DNA from: Macrostomum hystrix
Lineage: Eukaryota > Animalia > Platyhelminthes
DNA length: 64,000 nucleotides
Reading direction: 5' to 3'
Assembly: GCA_950097015.1 (NCBI GenBank)
Contig: CATNEN010000038.1
Location: forward strand, 15,314,001-15,378,000
How positions within the stretch are numbered: the first letter of the stretch is position 1; each line of letters begins with the position of its first letter. Of the stretch, positions 13,326 through 22,986 are shown piece after piece. The notes below the pieces were generated by a model. It made no database searches. It saw only the letters and a list, made by a program, of their open reading frames with translations, and had not been told where the DNA came from. Position numbers and translations under genes: made by a program.

Positions 13326-13602
13326 ATTAACTACAAGTAGTGCAATTTCGATTTTTAAACTCACCTTTCTTTATTTAAAATTTATTTATTTCTTTTTGCT
13401 TTCAGAACTGTGATGAATTTTTCTTATCGTCGTGGGAAAAATCATATTTTTGTCACAATTCGACACTTTTGTCAATGACGAAGAAATTAAATTTTGTTTG
13501 CGCTCAAATGTCAGGTATTTTCATAGCAGCTCCTACAATAATTTTAGATTATAATCTTCTTATGATCTTTGAATGGATGTTTACATCCCAACAACGGAAA
13601 AA

Positions 13603-13826
13603 GGGGTTGATGCCTAATGGTTAGAGCGTTGGACTCTCGACTTGATGGTCGGGGGTTCGATTCCTGACTCCAGCTGGAACAATTTGTGTCCTTTGCAAGA
13701 CGCTCCACTGTGCATTGCTTTATTTTCACCCAGCTGTTAAATGGGTACCAGCATCAGCTGGGGTAATTTAGGGTGGGTGCAGCCTCTCCCCAGTCCATGG
13801 ACTGAACAGCCGTGTACAGCTGGGTA
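13603..13826 (+). mobile_element. CORE-SINE (family B)
   Basis: tRNA-like head (TGGTTAGAGCG, GGTTCGATTCC), then TGTGTCCTTTGCAAGAC..TCACCCAGCTGTTAAATGGGTACC and CAGTCCATGGACTG. Confidence 0.85.
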
Positions 13827-14750
13827 GAACTAGAGCCATAGGAAATCTTATATCTAGCTGAAAGACACAATATGTTCCAATGGGCGAAGATTCGAACTGC
13901 AGACCTCTCAGTTAAAAGTCCGAAACAGTAAATAGGTGGTCTGCAGAGAAGCAAGTGCACCGACTCGTATGCACCCTAGTGGCTTGCCCGCTCTTCACAT
14001 GAAAACGATAGACACAAAACACAATTTCTCACCTTCATAGTCAGGTAATTATTCATTTTCCGCTCATAATTCAGTCTTCACATTCATTAATTATTAGATT
14101 CATTCTTCTCACAGCTAAATAGTGGCACCCTCGGCAGATGGCTAATAAGCTAATTTAAATTACACGGGTCATTGCCTATAGACCAATTAATGTTGCTTAT
14201 TTAGGTGTGGCTTAGTTACAGCGGCTACTTTTATTAGTGAAGATTTGATATTATTAAAAAAAACAACAGTCTAGTAAGAAACGTCTTTTGCTGCCTATAG
14301 TTCTGCTTTCTGCTGCTCTCACCGTCTCTCTCTCTCTCCTCTGTGTCTGTCTCTGAGTCTGCTCATATGATGCTCAAGAGTCTAACAAACGCTAGCTGTT
14401 AGCTGTTAGCATCAAATGTTGCTGACATATGGCTTCGCTTCAACACAAAAAAGGCACAACGATTCTAGATAGCGAGTGACCCAGTCTAAAAAATATTTCC
14501 AGCTATATTTCTCAGTTTATTTTAGCTGCAAACCATGTTATAATTGCTACTGTAGTGCTGCGCAATGAGCAGATGTCCTGCCAGGTCACTGATGAGCAAA
14601 GCGTTTGAGATTGATTACTGTTGCAGATGGGGAAATCTGAGTCTTTAAAACAACTGGTACCCTGGTACGCCTTTCACTTGCGATTAACTTGCATTTGCCT
14701 GCGTCTCCTTGCTAATAGGTCACTCGACTACCTTGACTGTACTATCCTAA

Positions 14751-15523
14751 CTCTCCTCTCCTTTCCTCTCCTCTCCTCTCCTCTCCTCTCCTCTCCTCTC
14801 CTCTCATCTCCTCTCCTCTCCTCTCCTCTCCTCTCCTCTCCTCTCCTCTCCTCTCCTCTCCTCTCCTCTCCTCTCCTCTCCTCTCCTCTCCTCTCCTCTC
14901 CTCTCCTCTCCTCTCCTCTCCTCTCCTCTCCTCTCATCTCCTCTCCTCTCCTCTCCTCTCATCTCCTCTCCTCTCCTCTCCTCTCCTCTCCTCTCCTCTC
15001 CTCTCCTCTCCTCTCCTCTCCTCTCCTCTCATCTCCTCTCCTCTCCTCTCCTCTCCTCTCCTCTCATCTCCTCTCCTCTCCTCTCCTCTCCTCTCCTCTC
15101 CTCTCCTCTCCTCTCCTCTCCTCTCCTCTCCTCTCCTCTCCTCTCCTCTCCTCTCCTCTCCTCTCCTCTCCTCTCCTCTCCTCTCCTCTCATCTCCTCTC
15201 CTCTCCTCTCCTCTCATCTCCTCTCCTCTCCTCTCCTCTCCTCTCCTCTCCTCTCCTCTCCTCTCCTCTCCTCTCATCTCCTCTCCTCTCCTCTCCTCTC
15301 CTCTCCTCTCCTCTCCTCTCATCTCCTCTCCTCTCCTCTCCTCTCCTCTCCTCTCCTCTCCTCTCCTCTCCTCTCCTCTCCTCTCATCTCCTCTCCTCTC
15401 CTCTCCTCTCCTCTCCTCTCCTCTCCTCTCCTCTCCTCTCCTCTCCTCTCCTCTCCTCTCCTCTCATCTCCTCTCCTCTCCTCTCCTCTCCTCTTCTCTC
15501 CTCTCCTCTCCTCTCCTCTCCTC
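14751..15523. repeat. (CTCCT)n polypyrimidine microsatellite
   Basis: Directly visible; reverse complement of the 8811-9076 unit. Confidence 0.97.
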
Positions 15524-16239
15524 CACATTCCTTGTGTCTCATCAACACTCCCTTCTCTCCTGTTCTCCAATCTACTTAGCTCGTATGTATAACCTTATTC
15601 GACTCTATTAACTGTTGCTTCAATATTTATCAGATACTTTTGTCCTTAAGTTTTCTCTGCCTGTCCCAGCCAACCTCGCATTCTGAGTATATTTTAGCCA
15701 CTACAGTATTACCCAGACTCTTTACTCCAATTCCACTTGACAATTTTTTCTTATCAACAAGCATTAACATTTTAACTGCCCGCCTCCAGACCAGACATTT
15801 CAGACTGACAGAAGATGGGGCAGGTCGGATCATTTCTGAGGCTTGTTTAGGTTACTGATGCCACCTTTCGCATGCATAATAATCAGCCGACACTTCAAGT
15901 CTTAATTGATCATTCTTAAATACTCGTAATACCAAATAGAGTCCTACCTAAATTGCTGTGTACGAGTAATTGCCTGCTCAAAGTACAGAGCTTATTCAAC
16001 TGTTACTCCACTTGATGCAGCCACTTTACTGCTGTCATGGCGAAGCGATATTTTGCTAGATTTGTTTTCTTTTTGTTTTCTCACCTGCTCAGCTCATTAC
16101 GAGGTACAATTTTCCAGCTAAACGCTTTTTGTGTCAATCTGTCTCACTGTTACCTCTCAAACTCCCTGTCTCCCTCTCCCTCTATCCCTCTGGCAACCAC
16201 TCTAACTTTCCCTGTAACTCTCCTTCTTAACTCTCCATC

Positions 16240-17432
16240 TCAGCATCTCACACTCCCACTAACTCTCACTCTCACTCTCCCTATCACTCTCCCCCTCACA
16301 CTCTCCCTCTCACTCTCCCTCTCACTCTCCCTCTTACTCTCCCTCTTACTCTCCCTCTTACTCTCCCTCTCACTCTCCCTCTTACTCTCCCTCTTACCTC
16401 CCTCTTACTCTCCCTCTTACTCTCCCTCTCACTCTCCCTCAAACTCTCCCTATCACTCTCCCTATTACTCTCCCTCTTACTCTCCCTCCCACTCTCCCTC
16501 TCACTCTCCCTCTTACTCTCCCTCAAACTCTCCCTCTCACTCTCCCTCTTACTCTCCCTCTTACTCTCCCTCTTACTCTCCCTCTTACTCTCCCTATCAC
16601 TCTCCCTCTTACTCTCCCTATCACTCTCCCCCTCACACTCTCCCTCTTACTCTCCCTATCACTCTCCCCCTCACACTCTCCCTCTCACTCTCCCTATCAC
16701 TCTCCTTCTCACTCTCACTCTCACTCTCCCTATCACTCTCCCTCTCACTCTCCCTCTCACTCTCCCAATTACTCTCCCTCTTACTCTCCCTCCCACTCTC
16801 CCTCTCACTCTCCCTCTTACTCTCCCTCAAACTCTCCCTCTTACTCTCCCTCTTACTCTCCCTCTTACTCTCCCTCTTACTCTCCCTCTTACTCTCCCTA
16901 TCACTCTCCCTCTTACTCTCCCTATCACTCTCCCCCTCACACTCTCCCTCTTACTCTCCCTATCACTCTCCCCCTCACACTCTCCCTCTCACTCTCCCTA
17001 TCACTCTCCCTCTCACTCTCACTCTCACTCTCCCTCTTACTCTCCCTCTTACTCTCCCTCTTACTCTCCCTCTTACTCTCCCTATCACTCTCCCCCTCAC
17101 ACTCTCCCTCTCACTCTCCCTATCACTCTCCCTCTCACTCTCACTCTCACTCTCCCTATCACTCTCCCTCTCACTCTCCCAATTACTCTCCCTCTTACTC
17201 TCCCTCTTACTCTCCCTCTCACTCTCCCTCACACTCTCCCTATCACTCTCCCTATTACTCTCCCTCTCACTCTCCCTATCACTCTCCCTCTCACTCTCCC
17301 TCTCACTCTCCCTATTACTCCCCCTCTTACTCTCCCTATCACTCTCCCTCTTACTCTCTCTATCAATCACTCTCCCATATCATTCTCCCTCTTACTCTCT
17401 CCATCAATCACTCTCCCTATCATTCTCCCTCT
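16240..17432. repeat. 12-bp minisatellite (ACTCTCCCTCTY)n
   Basis: Directly visible. Confidence 0.95.
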
Positions 17433-17871
17433 AACGGGTGTAGATTGCTGCTTTTGGAAGCTCTGAAATTACTTATAATGCTGTACTATTGTGCCAACTA
17501 TACGAGCCACAGTACTCAAATGAGCAGTTAAAATTAGTTTACAGTTGGTGCCTTGGTCCAATCTCTCCAATGACCCTCCATGCGTTCGTTGGACAATTGA
17601 AGCATAAAGAAAAAATAAGGCATTAGATTTCAATGAGCAATAAGCCATTTGAATGACAAATGAGGTGGCCATAAAGCTCTGCACTTGTCAGCGTTCTTTG
17701 AGCACCGCGACTCAGCTGTCATTGAGATTTGTATTGATTGAGTCTGATATTGGTACATTGTCGCTAGAGGTAGAAATCTAGGCGTGGAGAGTTTGGCTAA
17801 ATCAAGTATTTTAAAGACAGTTCATTTGACTTGACGGAGTAGTGTATAACATGAAGTTGAGCATTTTGTAG

Positions 17872-18130
17872 AACATGGAGTAGTCCTTTGTAGAGTATGG
17901 AGTAGAGTCCTTGGTAGAGTATGGAGTAGAGTCCTTGGTAGAGTATGGAGTAGAGTCCTTGGTAGAGTATGGAGTAGAGTCCTTGGTAGAGTATGGAGTA
18001 GAGTCCTTGATGGAGTATGGAGTAGAGTTCTTGGTAGAACATTGAGCAGAGTCCATGGTAGAACATTGAGCAGAGTCCATGGTAGAACATTGAGCAGAGT
18101 CCATGGTAGAACATTGAGCAGAGTCCTTGG
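17872..18130. repeat. 24-bp minisatellite GGTAGAGTATGGAGTAGAGTCCTT switching to GGTAGAACATTGAGCAGAGTCCAT
   Basis: Directly visible; two variant blocks. Confidence 0.92.
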
Positions 18131-18134
18131 TCAG

Positions 18135-18307
18135 TTTATGCCCCTTAGCGAGGCATTTAACTCTTCGTTACTTAGTTCACCCAGCTGTTAAATGGGTACC
18201 AGCATCAGCTGGGGTAACTGAGGGTGGGTGTGGCATCTTAACAATCCTTGCATGATAGACTGAACAGCCGTACGCAGCCTTCAGCAATAACTGCGGCTGT
18301 GCCGACG
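18135..18307 (+). mobile_element. 5'-truncated CORE-SINE (family B)
   Basis: AGTTCACCCAGCTGTTAAATGGGTACCAGCATCAGCTGGGGTAA...GACTGAACAGCCGTACGCAGCCTTCAG. Confidence 0.8.
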
Positions 18308-18356
18308 CAATTAAAGCCTAAATCTCGAGCTCCAACTGGATTTGTCAAATTTTCAG

Positions 18357-18797
18357 TTCCTCTCGCTGGTCACATCTGGCTGCCTGAAACTGGCTGGCAT
18401 TCGTCTGATGCTTCTGCTTCCGGAAGACTCAGACTCTGCTACTCCGCAGTATCGCTGCGGACAGCAGCAGCAGCAGCAACCACTGACTCCTAGTCCGCAG
18501 AGGCAGCAGACTACAGCGTCGCTTAACTTGCCGCCCCAGCAGAAGCAGCAGCAGCAGCAGCAGCCAACACAGCGGCAACAGTACCTGGTAGCTGATGCAG
18601 CTTCTAGACACGCTCTGAACAGCCTTCGCCAATGGATGGACAGCCGCCTGGACGACATCGAGCGCCAATTGGATGAGCGCCTAAGCCGCATTGAGGCTCA
18701 GATGGCGATGCTGGTTCTGACCAATCAGAGAGGAATTTACGCCGCCGATGGAACGCCGAATTCAGCTCTGATTGGTTCTGAGTCAGTTGACCAATAA
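18357..18797 (+). CDS. PAAT: C10orf88/PAAT-like protein, terminal exon (polyQ linker plus C-terminal coiled coil)
   Basis: Phase-0 acceptor TTTTCAG|TTC. FLSLVTSGCLKLAGIRLML continues the PAAT-like motif (KLLSF...CVFISKVVVH). LRQWMDSRLDDIERQLDERLSRIE resembles the PAAT C-terminal helix. AATAAA overlaps the stop. Confidence 0.7.
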   Translation, partial: FLSLVTSGCLKLAGIRLMLLLPEDSDSATPQYRCGQQQQQQPLTPSPQRQQTTASLNLPPQQKQQQQQQPTQRQQYLVADAASRHALNSLRQWMDSRLDDIERQLDERLSRIEAQMAMLVLTNQRGIYAADGTPNSALIGSESVDQ

Positions 18798-20191
18798 AAG
18801 CTTATTAGTTTTCGCATTCGTCCAAAAATAATTAAATTGTTAAATGTGCTTTTGATTTTATTTAATTCAATAGTTACAAAACAGAGAAAAAGATTGTTTA
18901 TACTTTTTCAGTCAGTCAGAAATATTAAATGTTGTAATTGTCCATGTCATTGTGCCATGTGTATTGTTTAGTTTGGTAACTATTGGCTGTGCCCACTATT
19001 AATTACTATTTACTTTAGCCAATAGTATAAAGGATGAAGTTAAAGAAGGCGTATCTTTTAGAAGAATGCCTACCATCAAGATGGCAACGAAATGTTTTTG
19101 TTATATTGTCAACCGATTTATTGTGCAAATTCAAAATAGTCCATTCTCATCTTAGATTTTCACGAGCTGTTTTTTTATCGTATCGACAGTTCAGTGCTAC
19201 CAGTGCGTAATAAGTAAGAAGTTGTATTTTATACTATAAGAACACGTTATAATTAGCTTATAAAAATACACAAATTAATGTGAATACGCGCATGCTTATA
19301 AATAATATTGGAGATGAAAAATTGTAAATAAAAGTTGTCTTTTGAAAAAATATAACAAATATAGTAATGATAGAGTTTATATTAATTAGTATCAATTAGA
19401 CACTATTTCATTATGTGCAGCTGTTCACATCTAGATAAAATTAGGTTCACGAGGAATAAAAAAGTAATTTTTTGTTACAGCGTTCTGAAAGTTTTTTGCG
19501 CAAAACTCTTCTTTTCGTGTGGTTTTTTAATTTTTCTAATACCGTCGTTTTTGTCAGTTGTTTGCAGTGCACCATAGTGACTGGGTTAAACAAAAAACGT
19601 AATTAACACAAATAGACTAATTCTTGCGCCATTGTAAATCGAGCATCCAGCTTTTTTGTCGATTTTTAACATATGCACATTTTCTTGCACATTCCGAGCT
19701 GAGAACCTCAATATTCAAGCATTTTATTATCAAAATATCGATTTACAGACAAAAACCATTGCCAGAAAGAATGTTAATTCATAATGTTTGCAATGTGTAT
19801 AATATAACTAAATATTCACCTAAATTCTTCAAGCGGTCGTGTACGTTACGAGAGTAGATGCATGGTGAAAAAAAGCATTTTAATCTGGTTCGAAGATATA
19901 ATTTTCTGCGTCGTTTAAATAGTATAAACATGAAATTAGAACCAGAATAATTTCGCTAAATTTGTGCAAGCAACCTGATTGTATACCTTTGTTTCGCTCT
20001 AAATTTGCGTAAACATTATCATGATTTCGAAAAAACAATTTTCGAAACAGCCGAAACCATTTCACCTAATGCGGATTGTAATTAATATATGTAAATATAT
20101 ATTTGCAGCAAAATTCTGTCAAACAAGAGTCCGCCACTAAATTGTCAATTGAACTTAAATTGTTTTGTTTGTCATGCGTTGTCACACCATT

Positions 20192-20562
20192 TAATAATAA
20201 GAAATAATAATTGCAGAAGGGCTGCGGGCAATGGCACATCATTTGGTGTCACTAGACCCGCAGCCAGCGAGGAGGCAATTCTGCCCATTTCGCTGACTCC
20301 TGAGCACATACGCACACAGATACCGTACACAGGCACACGCTCACACAGGCGTGTACATCTGCCCTGACTTTCTCATCGTCAGGCAGTGTACACTCTCACT
20401 GTGCCTTGGAGGTGCCTCTGCAAGGGCGTAAATTGCACGACAAGCCTCCAAGCTATCTCTCCGCGGCTGCGCCCCAAATGAATGTGGCCTCACCGCGGAA
20501 TCGAGCTCAGGGACCACCTTGGTGCGAGAGGCGAACGCGTTAGATCGCTCTGCCACTCCCCT
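20192..20562 (-). mobile_element. tRNA-derived SINE family A, full length
   Basis: Reverse complement is colinear with 41592-41960. Confidence 0.88.
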
Positions 20563-21744
20563 GTGAGAACACTTACTACTCGTTATACCTGGAGAACGTA
20601 TTAATGGCCGATTTAGTTATTATTATTTCAAACAGTATACTTCTGTCACATTACAAATAGCTTGTGTAATGTAAGCGCAGTTCTGTATAGGTCGTAGGTC
20701 TGTAAGATTTGGCTTTCAGCCTTTAAGGTCGCAGAGCATTAGAAGATGCATATATGCATGCTTAGATACTGCTGGCATATGCTCAGTGACGAAGCCGGCG
20801 CCTGCTGATCGCCTTTTCTTCCATTATAGCTGTTTATAGGATTCGCGTCAACTGAGGCCAAAGCGGAAGAAGCTGTCTGTACTTCTGCTCCGATTTTATT
20901 TATAGCCTCCACGGGCTCGGTTTTTGCTCTCATTCACACTTCTTGATCACCATCTAGCTGCGAGACAAGCTGAGCTCCTACATGAGATGTCTATCCAGCC
21001 GCTGTCGATGCCTGACTAGATTCTGATATATGTAACGTGGCACAGCTCATCTTTCTAATTGCGCGATGTTTCTTGCATGATTCTTTTGCGATGTTGTCCC
21101 CACGAGAATCGTTGAATATCTCGACGACCCCCATGTTTTCTGATTCTGGAAGTTGTTTAATCGGATAGTGCAGAACAATATATTAGCCGTAATTGTTCTC
21201 GATTTTTCGTAGCGATAACGCTATGATTTAGCTAACAGCTAAATTTAGTGGCCTTTAGATTCTAAGAGTTCAACAAAAAACTTGCTTGCTTTTCCTCCTG
21301 CTAATAAAAAGAGCCAGTCTAAAATCAAATTTACGTTTTTTAGTAGTAAGTTTTAACAGAATGAGAGAGAGAGTGAAGCATGATTGCGGACAGCACAACC
21401 AAACACGGAGAGAGACAAGAAATGAGTCGAAACAACCCGCAAGCATACTACGGTAGTTTTTTCAAGAAAAAATGTGTTTCTTTGAAAACTGCGAAAACTG
21501 CTGTAATTATTTGATTTCTGCGATTAATTAAAAATTATTATAACAAGAAGAGACAGTAAAACATCACCGATCAAGGGTTGAAACAAGAGCTAATAAATGT
21601 ATAATATTTCCCATTTATTTTGTTCTCTAGCGGGCAAAGGCAAGAGTTGACCGAGGCGAAGAATTATTTAATTATTTATTTAATAATAAATTAATTAATT
21701 AACAAATTAATAAATTTTTATACAGGAAGCCAAAGTACTTCCTG

Positions 21745-21920
21745 CAGATTTCAAATACCCACTGCCTACTTCACGATAGCTCCCAAACTGAATGATAGAT
21801 TTTCGGGAAAGTACCGATATGGATCACAATTTGTCGCCCTTTACAATGCCGTCCGACGTCCGCATCGTCGAGAAATTCAGCGATTCTTGTCGAAGAGCCT
21901 GGTGACACGGACAACTGACA
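21745..21920 (+). repeat. Dispersed repeat family C
   Basis: Matches the 2388-2580 and 47585-47760 copies; related inverted partial copies at 21100-21176 and 22567-22665. Confidence 0.7.
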
Positions 21921-21931
21921 TTGCTCTGTAT

Positions 21932-22429
21932 CAGGGGTCAGCAAACTCCAGCCCGCGGGCCAGATGCGGCCCTCGAAGCTCCCAAATCCGGCCCGTTGCC
22001 CCTTCTGACATCTGCAGTGTCCTGTTTCATCTATCTCGTGTCTCATCTCTCCCGTGTCTAATCTCTCCCGTGTCTAATCTCTCCCGTGTCTCATCTCTCC
22101 CGTTTCTAATCTCTCCCGTGTCTAATCTCTCCCGTGTCTAATCTCTCCCGTGTCTAATCTCTCCCCTGTCTTATCTCTCCCGTGTCTTATCTCTCTCGTG
22201 TCCCATCTTTCCTGTGTCTCATCTCTCCCGTGTCTAATCTCTCCCGTGTCTAATGTCTCCCGTGTCTAATCTCTCCCGTGTCTAATCTCTCCCCTGTCTT
22301 ATCTCTCCCGTGTCTTAATTCTCTCGTGTCCCATCTCTCCCTATCTCATATTTATACAGTCAAAGCGGCCCGCTGTCGTCATTTAGGTTCTCTCTTTGGC
22401 CCGCCAGCAAATAAGTTTGCCTCCCCCTG
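21932..22429. mobile_element. Non-autonomous hAT (Charlie/MER58-like) MITE carrying an internal 16-bp minisatellite
   Basis: TIRs CAGGGGTCAGCAAAC / GTTTGCCTCCCCCTG; subterminal GCCCGCGGGCC..GCGGCCC; 8-bp TSD CTCTGTAT/CTCTATAT; internal (ATCTCTCCCGTGTCTA)n at about 22020-22345. Confidence 0.8.
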
Positions 22430-22986
22430 CTCTATATAAAACTTTATGGTGAATCCGTATCGGTTCAAAAATGTACAAGGTTACAATTTAATCAATCCAA
22501 AGTAGCCTACATGGTTACATGATGAAATTTTGTGAGCAGAAAAATAATGCCTTTATAGGTTGTTTTTGCCACCAGGCACCCGCGACGAGAATCGTTGAAT
22601 TTCCCGACGATGCCGATGATAATTGTGATTCTGGAAGTTGTTTAATCGGATAGAGCGGAAAAGTTTAGGCCGTGTTCTGCATTTTCGTGCGATTTGTTGA
22701 ATATTTTGTGAGATACAGAAAATAGAAAAAAAGTGGGTAAAATGGGTATCTTAACTACCCCTGGTCTTTCTACTGTTAATCACCGAACAAACATTGAACA
22801 TCAGCTGATAAAAAACTGAATACAGTAACGAAAGATTTCCAGTTTAAATAAGTTGAATAAACGGATCTACTTAGTCTGCAATCTAATCGGACTAACGCAG
22901 GTAAAATATCATTTTGTAATCTTCCGTCTTCTATTTGCAATCTTCCAACCCTATAGAATGTTATCAAAGGCTCTGAGTTTTTAGTC

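Noticed and set aside
14621-17434. LSSPL- and LS-rich ORFs (also those at 8591-9194, 26183-27298, 34460-35461, 45211-46240, 53184-54379, 57210-58756, 59458-61541)
   Set aside because: All are simple-repeat translations without splice or family support.
20739-20933. 64-aa minus-strand ORF
   Set aside because: Short, with no recognisable motif or supporting splice structure.
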